From: an uncultured delta proteobacterium
GTDB taxonomy: Bacteria; Desulfobacterota; Binatia; Binatales; Binataceae
Direction of reading: 5' to 3'
Length of the DNA stretch: 64,000 nucleotides
Assembly: GCA_963842085.1 (NCBI GenBank)
Contig: CAWJET010000001.1
Span: 2,944,001 to 3,008,000 of the forward strand
Shown here: positions 52,185 through 61,807 of the stretch, piece after piece
Numbering within the stretch: the first letter of the stretch is position 1
Layout of the letters: every line of letters begins with the position of its first letter
Translations under genes and position numbers: made by a program
Notes under the pieces: model-generated
The model's database searches: none
Seen by the model: only the letters and a program-made list of their open reading frames with translations
Told to the model about the DNA's origin: nothing

Positions 52185-55100
52185 TCAATCCTTCTCCGAC
52201 TGTTCGACCAGCTCGGCAACCTCGGCGTCGCGTTCGCGCTTTCCGACCCGCTTGAGAGTGAAAAGCGAATAGACCGCCGGCACCACCAGCAGCGTCATCA
52301 CGGTCGCGGCGAGCAGGCCACCGATGACTGCCCGGCCGAGCGGTGCGTTCTGCTCGCCGCCAGCTCCCAGAGCCAGTGACATCGGCAGCATGCCGAGGAT
52401 CATCGCGAGCGCGGTCATGATGACCGGACGCAAGCGCGTGACGCCTGCCTGGATCGCCGCCGAAATCGGGTCGTGGCCCTGCTCGCGCAGATCGTTGGCG
52501 AACGTGATCAGCAGGTTGCCGTTGGCGACCCCGACGCCCACCGCCATGATCGCGCCCATCATCGATTCAACGTTCAGCGTCGTCCGCGTGAACACCAGCA
52601 TCCAGAGCACGCCGGCCAGCGCCCCGGGCACCGCCATCATGATGATCATCGGATCGAGCCACGACTGAAAGTTGGTCGCCATCAGCAGGTACACCAGGAT
52701 GATCGCGAGAATCAGGCCGCTGCCCATGCTGGAAAACGACTGCCGCATCGCATCGCTCTCGCCCTGAATGCTGATCCTGGTGCCGGGCGGGAGATTCGTG
52801 AGTGCGTTGATCTTCTCCTGTACTGCGGTCGTTACGCTGCCGAGATCCGCGCCCTCGACTCCGCAATCCACGTCAACCACGCGCTGCACCGTGTAATGGT
52901 TGATGCCCTGCGCCTGGACCTCGTGGCTGATCGACGCGACGTTGGTCAAGAACTGGGGCGGCGGCGCTGTGCCGTCGATCTGCGAAGCTGTCAAGGGCGT
53001 CCGCCCAATAGCCTGTATCGAATTGACTATATGCTGCGGCGTCTGCACGGCCACGCTGTAGCTAACGCCGTTTGTATAGTCGAGCCACTGACTGGGTGAA
53101 AAAATGAGGCTCGAGCTGAGCGAAGTGAGTATGCTCGTTGTGACGTCTCGCTCGGTGATTCCGAGCTGAAGCGCCTTGTCGCGATCGACTTTCACCCGCA
53201 GTGTCGGGTAGTCGAGCACTTGCGGAATTCGTACGTCAGCCGCGCCGGGAACGGTTTCCATCTCCGCCTTGAGCTTTTCCGCGATGCGGAAGTCGGAATC
53301 AAGATCGTTCCCCACGATCTGCACGTCGATGGGCGCGGACAAACCGAAACTGAGTACTTGACTGATTATATCCGCAGCCTGCGGATAAATAGTCACTCCC
53401 GGGAACTGAGTATGTACTGCGGAACGGATTTTCTTGATGTATTCCTCGGTCGGGTGATGCTTCTTTTTCAGTTGGATCTGCAGGTCGGCATCCTGCGGGC
53501 CCAGGCTGTCGGTCTGGTAAAACAACAACGCCCAATAGACCGGCAACCCGATGTGATCGGTCATCAGCTCGAACTCGTCGGCCGGGATCAATCCGCGAAT
53601 CGTGCGCTCGACGCCGTCCAGAATGCGCGAGCTTTCCTCCAGTCGCGTGCCGACCGGCACGCGAACGTGCAGTCGGATCATCCCGGTATCCACGTTCGGG
53701 AAAAAATCCTCGCCCGCCACCCGCACCAGCATCATCGACGCGAGGACCATGACGCCGATCGCTCCCAGCACGAATCCGCGATGCGCCATGACGCGGCTTA
53801 AGAGTCCTTCGTAACGGGTGCGCTGGCGGTCGAACCATCGCTCGAATGCACCGGTTATTTTCCCCAGCCAGCCGCCGGATTTGTGGCCCTCGGGCTCCGC
53901 TGCGAGCAGATGAATCGCCATGCTCGGTACCAGCGTGCGCGACAGCAGGTACGACGTCAGCATCGCGTACACCACCGCGAGCGCCAGCGGCAGGAACAGG
54001 TATTTGGCGACACCGGTCAGCGCGATGACGGGAGAGAAGACGATGCAAATCGACAGCGTGCCGACGAACGCCGGCACCGCGATCTGTCGCGCGCCGTCCA
54101 GGATCGCGACGCCAAGCTGTTTGCCCATCGCGTGGTTGCGATGGATGTTCTCAACTTCCACCGTCGCGTCGTCGACCAGCATGCCGACCGCAAGCGCGAG
54201 TCCGCCAAGCGTCATGATGTTGATGGTCTGGCCGGAGAGCTTGAGCCCGATTATCGACGTCAGGATCGCCAGCGGAATCGACGTGACGACGATCAGCGTG
54301 CTCCTGAGTGAACCCAGGAACAGCAGCACCATCAGCCCAACCAGCGCCGCGGCGATCACGCCCTCCTGCATGACGTCGTAGAGCGACTCGCGCACGAAGA
54401 TCGACTGATCGAAAGCGAGTGTCGCCTTCAGGCCCTTGGGCGCGATCGCCAGCATCTTCGGCAACACGCCTTTGACGGCGTCGACGACTGTCATCGTCGA
54501 GGCCGCGGGATGCTTCAGGATGAGCATGTAGGTTGCGAGCCGGCCGTTGACCCTAACCAGGTCGGTCTGCACCGCGGAGCTGTCGCTGACCTTCGCCACG
54601 TCCTCCACGTAAACCGGCGAAGTGCCCTGGTACTTGATCGGCAGACGATTCAAGTCTTCGGAGTGCAGCGGGCTGCCGTTGATCACTACGTCGTATTCAG
54701 TGTTGCCGATTTTCGCGGTGCCACCCGGAATGATTACATTCTGCTGCTGCAAGGCGTTGACGACGTCTTCCGGCGAAACGCCGCGCGCATACATCAGCGA
54801 CGGGTCGATATTCACCATCACCTCGCGCGACGCGCCGCCAAACGGAGCGGGGGTCGACAATCCGGGAATGGTAAACAGGAATATTCGCGCGAAGTTGTAG
54901 CCGAAGTCATATACTTTGCTCTGCGGCAAAGTTTCGCTCGACAATAGCAAGTAGCTAATCGGAACCTCGGTCGCGTTATAGTCAATTACGCTCGGCGGAT
55001 TGATCCCGGGCGGCAGGATGTTCTTGATAGCTTCTGACACAGATACTAATTGCGAGATAGCCAGTCCGGTGTCTGCGCCGTGCTGAAAATAGAACTTCAG

Positions 55101-55373
55101 CAGGCCGATGCCGTTGAGCGAGATCGATTCGATGTGATCGACGCCGTTGACGGTCGTCGACGCGGCGCGCTCGCTAATGTTTACGACCCGTTGCTCCATT
55201 TCCTGCGCCGACAGGCCCGGGTAGTTCCAGACCAGGTCGACGACCGGTATGTCGATTGCCGGAAAGATGTCGAAATTCATCGACGACAGAGAAACGATGC
55301 CGAGCAGCAGCATCAACGCCGCCATCACGGCCACGGTAACCGGGCGACGGAGCGCGAGTTGGACGATCCACAT
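52185..55373 (-). CDS. RND efflux permease
   Basis: 1062 aa; GMLVDDATVEVEN, RLRPVIMTALAMILGMLP, PLGRAVIGGL. Confidence 0.93.
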   Translation of the reverse strand: MWIVQLALRRPVTVAVMAALMLLLGIVSLSSMNFDIFPAIDIPVVDLVWNYPGLSAQEMEQRVVNISERAASTTVNGVDHIESISLNGIGLLKFYFQHGADTGLAISQLVSVSEAIKNILPPGINPPSVIDYNATEVPISYLLLSSETLPQSKVYDFGYNFARIFLFTIPGLSTPAPFGGASREVMVNIDPSLMYARGVSPEDVVNALQQQNVIIPGGTAKIGNTEYDVVINGSPLHSEDLNRLPIKYQGTSPVYVEDVAKVSDSSAVQTDLVRVNGRLATYMLILKHPAASTMTVVDAVKGVLPKMLAIAPKGLKATLAFDQSIFVRESLYDVMQEGVIAAALVGLMVLLFLGSLRSTLIVVTSIPLAILTSIIGLKLSGQTINIMTLGGLALAVGMLVDDATVEVENIHRNHAMGKQLGVAILDGARQIAVPAFVGTLSICIVFSPVIALTGVAKYLFLPLALAVVYAMLTSYLLSRTLVPSMAIHLLAAEPEGHKSGGWLGKITGAFERWFDRQRTRYEGLLSRVMAHRGFVLGAIGVMVLASMMLVRVAGEDFFPNVDTGMIRLHVRVPVGTRLEESSRILDGVERTIRGLIPADEFELMTDHIGLPVYWALLFYQTDSLGPQDADLQIQLKKKHHPTEEYIKKIRSAVHTQFPGVTIYPQAADIISQVLSFGLSAPIDVQIVGNDLDSDFRIAEKLKAEMETVPGAADVRIPQVLDYPTLRVKVDRDKALQLGITERDVTTSILTSLSSSLIFSPSQWLDYTNGVSYSVAVQTPQHIVNSIQAIGRTPLTASQIDGTAPPPQFLTNVASISHEVQAQGINHYTVQRVVDVDCGVEGADLGSVTTAVQEKINALTNLPPGTRISIQGESDAMRQSFSSMGSGLILAIILVYLLMATNFQSWLDPMIIMMAVPGALAGVLWMLVFTRTTLNVESMMGAIMAVGVGVANGNLLITFANDLREQGHDPISAAIQAGVTRLRPVIMTALAMILGMLPMSLALGAGGEQNAPLGRAVIGGLLAATVMTLLVVPAVYSLFTLKRVGKRERDAEVAELVEQSEKD

Positions 55374-55404
55374 AAGGTGGTCTCCTGTTTATTCCGGGTC
55401 GCCG

Positions 55405-56106
55405 CTAGGGCGACTCGCGCTTTTTCGATATGAATGGCGCGACAAACGCGCGTTCCGGGTCCGGCAACAGGTTCAGGAATTTCATTTCAGCGAAATCGCC
55501 GATTAGTTGGAAGCCTGAGAAGGCCGCGTTGTCAACCCGGATCCGCCGGAAATGCGCAAGTTCGAGCCGCATAAAATGGCACAAAACGGTGCGGATGATG
55601 TCGCCGTGAGAGACGAACAGAATCCGCCGCCCGCTATGCTCTGCAATCGCGCGCCGCACCGCCTCGACGCCTCGCGATTGCACTTGGACTATCGTCTCGC
55701 CGCCGGGTGTGGACGCGTCCAGCGGATGCTCGCGGTAGTTCAGATAGTCGGCATCCTCGATCAAATCGTCGTACACCATCCCTTCCCAGCGCCCGTACTG
55801 GACTTCCGACAGTTGCGGATCTTCGGTCACCGGGATGCCGCCGATGCCGGCCGCGATAATCTCCGCCGACTGCCGCGCGCGCGCCAGTGGGCTGGTGACG
55901 ATCAACTCGGGCTTTATCTCGCGAGCGAAGGGAATTGCGGCTTCAACCTGCGCGCGTCCGCCCTCATCGAGTTCGATTGGATTGCGGCCCATCACGCGGC
56001 CTTCGCGGTTCCACGCGGTCTCGCCGTGGCGCATCAAGAGCGCGATTCCTCTCACGCCGTTGCGACCTTTCAATTTGTCCGCGACGTAAAATGGTCCCAG
56101 CGCCAT
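55405..56106 (-). CDS. Histidine phosphatase family protein
   Basis: MRHGETAWN, SPLARA, E.QYGRWEG, VSHGD. Confidence 0.88.
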   Translation of the reverse strand: MALGPFYVADKLKGRNGVRGIALLMRHGETAWNREGRVMGRNPIELDEGGRAQVEAAIPFAREIKPELIVTSPLARARQSAEIIAAGIGGIPVTEDPQLSEVQYGRWEGMVYDDLIEDADYLNYREHPLDASTPGGETIVQVQSRGVEAVRRAIAEHSGRRILFVSHGDIIRTVLCHFMRLELAHFRRIRVDNAAFSGFQLIGDFAEMKFLNLLPDPERAFVAPFISKKRESP

Positions 56107-56216
56107 CGAAAATCGCCTCGGTAGTTGAATGCCAGCCCAAAAAAGGCGGCAGCGCCTCGCTGGGCGCCCGCCGCAATCAAACCAGATTTTCGGCCGTTGA
56201 GACGGGCGCGCGAATG

Positions 56217-57452
56217 TTAGCGCGCGGACGCCGCCGCGCTCGTATGTGACGTTTGTTCTGCATGCGCAGTTCCGTTTGCAGCCGCACCCAGACCGCAGAA
56301 TGCTTCGTAATCTATGAGCGTGGTTTGGGTGGGATGCTCGCTGCAGACGGGGCACTTCGGATCTTTGCGGATCTTCAGAATTCGCACGTAGTCCTTGTCC
56401 GACAGCGTGTCGAAATAAACCATCTTGCCAATCAGAGGAGACCCCGCGCCAAGAATCAGCTTGATCGCCTCGAGCGCTTCGATCGATCCGATCAATCCCG
56501 GCAATGCGCCGAGCACACCGGCTTCCGCGCACGACGGCGCCATGTCCGGCGGCGCCGGCTCGGGATACAGGCATCGGTAGCACGGTCCGCCCTTGGCCGG
56601 GTAGAAAACCGTGGTGTTGCCTTCGAAGCGGAAAATCGCGCCGTCCACCAGCGGCTTCTTCGAGAACACGCACGCGTCATTGATCAGGTATCGAGTCGGG
56701 AAATTATCTCCGCAGTTCACGACGACGTCGTAGTCCTTGATGATGTCCATCGCGTTCTCGGACGTCAGTCGCACGTCGTGACGAATCACCTTTATGCCCG
56801 GATTCAGCGCGTTGATTGATTTCTGCGCCGACTCCGTCTTGGGCATCCCGACGCGCTCGGTCGTGTGGATGATCTGCCGCTGAAGATTCGACATGTCGAC
56901 CACGTCGAAATCCACCAGGCCGATCGTGCCGACTCCCGCCGCCGCGAGATACAGCGCCGACGGTGAGCCGAGCGCGCCGGTGCCGAGCAGCAGCACCTTG
57001 GCGTCGAGCAGTTTGGCCTGTCCCTTTTCGCCGACTTCGGGGATTACGAAATGTCGCGAATAGCGCGTCAGCTCCTCGGCCGTGAACGCGCGATCCGCCA
57101 CCCATGGCAGGCCGCGATCCTTCCACGCGTTGAAGCCGCCCATCAAGTTGTACACATTTTCGTAGCCGAGCTCGCGCAGTGTGCGCGCCGCCAGCAGCGA
57201 GCGCGTGCCCGACGCGCACTGCAGAATGACCGGCGTCTTGTGGTCGGGGACTTTCTCCTCGATTCTGAGTTCCAGGAATCCGCGCGGAATCGCGACCGCC
57301 TGCGGAATATGGCCCTGCCGCCATTCGTCGCTTTCGCGCACGTCAACCAGCACCGTGCCGGGCTTGTCGATCATCCGGCGCGCTTCGTCGATATCGACTT
57401 GCTTAATCGTCGAGCGCGCTTCGTCGAGAATATTCTTCGAGGTTTTCGCCAT
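56217..57452 (-). CDS. moeB: Rhodanese-ThiF fusion (MoeZ/MoeBR-type sulfur-carrier adenylyltransferase/sulfurtransferase)
   Basis: N-terminal rhodanese (DVRE, CASGTRS); RYSRH, GTGALG, SNLQRQ, CYRC, SCAEAG, CPVC. Confidence 0.9.
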   Translation of the reverse strand: MAKTSKNILDEARSTIKQVDIDEARRMIDKPGTVLVDVRESDEWRQGHIPQAVAIPRGFLELRIEEKVPDHKTPVILQCASGTRSLLAARTLRELGYENVYNLMGGFNAWKDRGLPWVADRAFTAEELTRYSRHFVIPEVGEKGQAKLLDAKVLLLGTGALGSPSALYLAAAGVGTIGLVDFDVVDMSNLQRQIIHTTERVGMPKTESAQKSINALNPGIKVIRHDVRLTSENAMDIIKDYDVVVNCGDNFPTRYLINDACVFSKKPLVDGAIFRFEGNTTVFYPAKGGPCYRCLYPEPAPPDMAPSCAEAGVLGALPGLIGSIEALEAIKLILGAGSPLIGKMVYFDTLSDKDYVRILKIRKDPKCPVCSEHPTQTTLIDYEAFCGLGAAANGTAHAEQTSHTSAAASAR

Positions 57453-57542
57453 AAATTTCCCCGTCCGATCCGTCGGCGGAGTCAGTTTCAATATACAACT
57501 ATAACCACGCGCGCGAGTCACGCCCGACGGCGCCGCGGTCGG

Positions 57543-58028
57543 CTATCCGCCAATCATTCGATGCGATTCGACCAGCGTACGCATGAAATTGAGCACCTGC
57601 GCCGCATGTCCGCGCGGCATCACATCATGAAAGGCGCGGCGTACGCGAAGCTCGCCATCGAGCACGAAGGTCGAGCGCGCGGCTACCTTGCCATTGAGCA
57701 CGCCCAACGCGGCGGCCAACTTTCCGTCTTCGTCCGCGAGCAACATGAACGGAAGCGCGTGCTTCTCAGCGAACGCGCGATGACGCTCGACCGAATCCGT
57801 GCTCACGCCGACAACGACGCAATCCAGCGCATGGAACTGTTCCAAACTGTCGCGAAATTCCTTGCCCTCGACCGTGCAACCGGGCGTGTCGTCCTTTGGG
57901 TAAAAATAAACGACGAGGTTGTGGCCGCGAAAATCCTTCAGCCGGCGCATCTCGCCGCGAGCGTCCGGCAGCGAGAGCTCGAGCGCCGTCGAAAGATCCG
58001 GGATGCTGTTCGCGTCAGCCAGCGGCAT
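57543..58028 (-). CDS. bcp: Peroxiredoxin, BCP/PrxQ family
   Basis: YFYPKDDTPGCTVE, ARSTF. Confidence 0.88.
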   Translation of the reverse strand: MPLADANSIPDLSTALELSLPDARGEMRRLKDFRGHNLVVYFYPKDDTPGCTVEGKEFRDSLEQFHALDCVVVGVSTDSVERHRAFAEKHALPFMLLADEDGKLAAALGVLNGKVAARSTFVLDGELRVRRAFHDVMPRGHAAQVLNFMRTLVESHRMIGG

Positions 58029-59325
58029 GCGCTTCGGCCTCGGCCAGCGATCGCCGCTTGCTGAACTTGATCGCCGCGTTGTCGATGTTGATCGAGCACA
58101 GCGACCCGCACATCGTGCATACGTTGGAACCCGCCGCCTCGCTTTCTTCCTTGTAGCGGCGCGCCTTGTCCGGGTCCATCGCCATCGCGTACATGCCTTC
58201 CCAGTTGAGCGCCTTGCGGTATCGCGACATCTGGTCGTTCCAGACTTTCGCCGCGCGCACGCCTTTGACCAGGTCGCCCGAGTGAGCCGCGATTCGCGTC
58301 GCGATCACGCCTTCGCGCACGTCGTCGATATCGGGCAGCCGCAAATGCTCGGCCGGCGTCACGTAGCAGAGAAAATCGGTGCCCGCCGCCGACGCGATCG
58401 CTCCGCCAATCGCGCCGGTGATGTGGTCGTAGCCCGGCGCGACGTCGCAGGTCAGCGGCCCGAGCACGTAAAACGGCGCGCCTCCGCAGACTCGCTTCTC
58501 GAGCTTCACGTTGGCCTCGATTTGATCGAGCGGCACATGGCCGGGACCCTCGATCATCACCTGCACGCCCATCGCCCGCGCGCGCTCGGTCAACTCGCCC
58601 ATCAGCAACAACTCCGCGATTTGCCCGCGGTCGGTCGCGTCGCCCGTGGCGCCCGGCCGCAGCCCGTCGCCGATCGAGATCGTCACGTCATGCTCGCGCA
58701 GCACCGCGCAGACTTCGTCGAAATGCTCGTAGAGCGGATTTTCGTTGCCGGTGCGCTCGACCCACGCCGCCAGCATCGAACCGCCGCGCGAGACGATGCC
58801 CTCGATTCGCTGATGCCCGCGCAGCCGCTTCACGCTTTCGCGCGTGACGCCGCAGTGCAGCGTCATGTAGTCGACGCCCTGGCGCGCCTGCCGCTCGATA
58901 ACGTCGAGAAAGTACTCGGCCTCCATCTCCATGATCGAGCGCTCGGAGCCGAGCTGGTAGATCGGCACCGTGCCCAGTATCACCGGGCATCGCGACAGAA
59001 TCTCCGCGCGGATTTTGTCGAGGTCGGTGCCGGTCGAAAGGTCCATCACTGAGTCGGCACCGAAGCGGACCGCGGTGTAAAGTTTCCCGACTTCCTCTTC
59101 GATCAGCTGATGGAAGTTCGACGCACCGATATTGGCGTTGACCTTGGTGCGCAGGCTTTTGCCGATTCCGATCGCCCTGAAATCGTGATGAATATTGTGC
59201 GGGATCACGACCTCGCCGGTCGCGACCAGCGCGCGAATCTCTTCGGCGGTGAAACCTTCGTCCTCGGCAACTTCGGTCATCTGCCGGGTGATTATGTTTT
59301 TGCGGGCGGCTTCAATTTGCGTCAT
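58015..59325 (-). CDS. thiC: ThiC-family radical-SAM enzyme (phosphomethylpyrimidine synthase; Bza paralog not excluded)
   Basis: TKVNANIG, MDLSTG, IVSRGG, GDGLRPG, EGPGH, YVTPAEHL, CTMCGSLC. Confidence 0.85.
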   Translation of the reverse strand: MTQIEAARKNIITRQMTEVAEDEGFTAEEIRALVATGEVVIPHNIHHDFRAIGIGKSLRTKVNANIGASNFHQLIEEEVGKLYTAVRFGADSVMDLSTGTDLDKIRAEILSRCPVILGTVPIYQLGSERSIMEMEAEYFLDVIERQARQGVDYMTLHCGVTRESVKRLRGHQRIEGIVSRGGSMLAAWVERTGNENPLYEHFDEVCAVLREHDVTISIGDGLRPGATGDATDRGQIAELLLMGELTERARAMGVQVMIEGPGHVPLDQIEANVKLEKRVCGGAPFYVLGPLTCDVAPGYDHITGAIGGAIASAAGTDFLCYVTPAEHLRLPDIDDVREGVIATRIAAHSGDLVKGVRAAKVWNDQMSRYRKALNWEGMYAMAMDPDKARRYKEESEAAGSNVCTMCGSLCSINIDNAAIKFSKRRSLAEAEAHAAG

Positions 59326-59378
59326 GGTCTCACCTCCGCGGCCGCGCTCGACGCTCGGCCTTGGATTTTAAGTATAGC

Positions 59379-59642
59379 TCAATCCTCGCCGTACTCGATG
59401 CCGTTCTTCTCGCACAGCGCGCGCAGTTCCTGGATCATGCGCTCGGCGCGCGCCAGGTGCGCTACCGCGATAAAGTTGGCCAGCGCCACGAGAGTCAGCG
59501 CGCCCGTCGCCCAGTACATGTGGCTCAGCACGGCGGCGACGTGGTCCGCTTGCGGGGCGTGGATCGCACCCACACCTTTCGCGTAGGCGATGAACAAAAC
59601 GATCAGCCCCGCCAGGGTCAGGCCAATAGTTACTCGGGTCAT
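59379..59642 (-). CDS. Small two-TM hypothetical protein
   Basis: 87 aa, two hydrophobic helices, starts 4 nt after the nuoI stop. Confidence 0.6.
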   Translation of the reverse strand: MTRVTIGLTLAGLIVLFIAYAKGVGAIHAPQADHVAAVLSHMYWATGALTLVALANFIAVAHLARAERMIQELRALCEKNGIEYGED

Positions 59643-59646
59643 CTGG

Positions 59647-60354
59647 CTATTTGCCGTTGCGCGCCGGATGCCGATCGATCGCGGTGAGATCGTCGATACG
59701 GTCCGGTGCCTCCGCGTAATGCTTGGGCGCTTGGCGATTGGTGTAGGTTTTCATCTCGGGCCGCTGCGGATCGTAAACCGCGGCGTCCTGCTCGCGGTAC
59801 CACTCCAGCATCTCGTTCATGTTGCCGTCGCGGCCTTTCTCGGCCAGCACGCGCGACCGATGCATCAGCAGTTCCTTGGTCTCGACGAAATCCTTGCGGT
59901 CGAAACCCCAGATGCGTGGATGCACGTAGGTGTCCATCCGAATCGCGTCGCACGGGCATGCCTCGACGCACAGACCGCAGTAGATGCAGCGGAGAGTGTC
60001 GATCTCGTAGCGCACCGGGAATTTCTCGACGTGCGGATCGGGCGACTCGCCCGCCTCGATATATATGCACTGCGCCGGACACGCGGTCGCGCACAGAAAG
60101 CACGCGGTGCATCGCACGGAAGAATCTTCGCGCAGCGTCAGCCGATGACTGCCGCGAAAATTGTCGGGATAGCGCTTGCGCTCCTCGGGATATTGCGTCG
60201 TCGCGGTCGCGTTGACTCCCTTCTTCATCCCGAACAGATGCGCGGTATGCAGCGCGAGGTTGCGCACAAAGTGGTAGTTGGTGATCGCAAGACCTCGCAG
60301 GATTTCGGGGATATAAATCCGCTCCCAGAAGGTCATTTGCTCGCTTCTCTGCAT
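59647..60354 (-). CDS. nuoI: NADH-quinone oxidoreductase subunit I (2x[4Fe-4S]) with C-terminal extension
   Basis: TTQYPEE, FRGSH, CTACFLCATACP, RCIYCGLCVEACPCDAI. Confidence 0.85.
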   Translation of the reverse strand: MQRSEQMTFWERIYIPEILRGLAITNYHFVRNLALHTAHLFGMKKGVNATATTQYPEERKRYPDNFRGSHRLTLREDSSVRCTACFLCATACPAQCIYIEAGESPDPHVEKFPVRYEIDTLRCIYCGLCVEACPCDAIRMDTYVHPRIWGFDRKDFVETKELLMHRSRVLAEKGRDGNMNEMLEWYREQDAAVYDPQRPEMKTYTNRQAPKHYAEAPDRIDDLTAIDRHPARNGK

Positions 60355-60490
60355 TTCTAAACCAGCGCCAAATCCATTGTCTGAACGGGGGTTTCTGCGT
60401 TCACCGCAGACTTCGCCGGGCTCCGGAACTAGACTATAAGGAGTCCTCGGAATTGCAGTCAAGTTCGATGGATTCGCTGCGCGTCCGCCT

Positions 60491-61618
60491 CTACTTCAGC
60501 CGCGGATACAGCCGCGTCGGATTCTCGTGCAGGATTTTTTTGGGCACGTCCGCAGCGAACTCCTTGCGTCCCGCAGTCAGGCTCACGGTATGCGGGAATC
60601 GGCCGTCGAAATGCGGATAGTCTGACGCATACAGAATGTGCTCTGCGCCAACCGTTTCGACCACGAACGGCAGCGTCTCCTCGTCGGGATCGCACGAAAT
60701 GAAAAAGTTCTCGCTGCGAATCACGTCCGACGGCTTGCGATGGAGAAACGGCACGTACTCCGGCATCAGTTCGTAGTGCTCGTCGAGCCGCTCCATCCAG
60801 AACGGCAGCCAGCCCGCGCCTGCTTCCAGAAAAGCAACGCGCAATTTCGGAAAAATGTCGAGCACGCCGCCGCCGACCAGCGCCGCGATCCCGCGCATCA
60901 CCTCGAACGGATTCGTCGCCGAATGCTGGATGAATAGATTGTTGCCCATCTCGAACGTGCCCATTCCATATGGCGGGCGCGCCGTGCCGCCGTGAAAGCA
61001 CGCCGGCAGATCGGTCTCGACGCACGCCTTCCAAATCGGATGGAACGCCGGATGGTCCAGCAGCTTGTCCTCCATGTGAGCAGACAGGTAGATGCCGACG
61101 CACCACGGTTCGTTCGCGACCCGCCGGATTTCCTCGGCCGCGCGCTCGGGCGCGCGCATCGGCACGACCGCGACACCCTTCAAGCGATTGGGATAGGCAG
61201 CGCAGTAGTCGGCGAGCCATCGATGGTACGCGCGGATCATCGCGACTTCGAAATCAACGCTCTCGAGTGAGCAGAAGCTCGACACCACCGTCGCGAACAG
61301 CACGGCGACGTCGATACCCTCGCGCGCCATATCCTTGATGCGTACATGCGGATCGAATCCACCGCGGAGATCCGGCCGTTCGCCGTGCGGTTTGCGCCCG
61401 GTCCGGGTCAGCGGCTTGTCCGGCTGTGCGATACCCAGCGGGCGCCCGGTGTTTAACTGATGGAAGTAGCCGAAGAAATATTTCGTCGTGCGCGTTGACG
61501 CGATCTTCTTCAGTTGGTCGAGCTGCGGCTTGAACTTCTGATCGAGGTATTCGTCGTAGAGCTCGTTAGGCTCCATCACATGCCCGTCGGCGTCGATTAC
61601 TTTGTTGCCGTTGAACAT
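60491..61618 (-). CDS. Amidohydrolase_2 family protein
   Basis: IDADGHVME, LEAGAGW, ASDYPHFD. Confidence 0.88.
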   Translation of the reverse strand: MFNGNKVIDADGHVMEPNELYDEYLDQKFKPQLDQLKKIASTRTTKYFFGYFHQLNTGRPLGIAQPDKPLTRTGRKPHGERPDLRGGFDPHVRIKDMAREGIDVAVLFATVVSSFCSLESVDFEVAMIRAYHRWLADYCAAYPNRLKGVAVVPMRAPERAAEEIRRVANEPWCVGIYLSAHMEDKLLDHPAFHPIWKACVETDLPACFHGGTARPPYGMGTFEMGNNLFIQHSATNPFEVMRGIAALVGGGVLDIFPKLRVAFLEAGAGWLPFWMERLDEHYELMPEYVPFLHRKPSDVIRSENFFISCDPDEETLPFVVETVGAEHILYASDYPHFDGRFPHTVSLTAGRKEFAADVPKKILHENPTRLYPRLK

Positions 61619-61667
61619 ATGATCCACTTATCGCGCCTGCAGTTGCCAAACTCAAGCTGCCTCGTCC

Positions 61668-61753
61668 GTCATCCTGACGATGCGAGCAACAACGAAAACG
61701 AGCTGAGGAACGGAGCTCGGACAGCTTGGCGCCAGCGGAGCCGGTACCGGTTT
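61668..61753 (+). repeat. Family A element, diverged copy
   Basis: GTCATCCTGACGATGCGAGCAAC...CTCGGACAGCTTGGCGCCAGCGGAGCCGGTACCGGTT. Confidence 0.8.
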
Positions 61754-61807
61754 TGGGTCGCAGCATCCAATGACAAATCGCATCAGTTCGATTAATCATC
61801 ACACGCC

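Noticed and set aside
59326-59378. TPP or cobalamin riboswitch upstream of thiC
   Set aside because: The gap is ~50 nt and has no aptamer core
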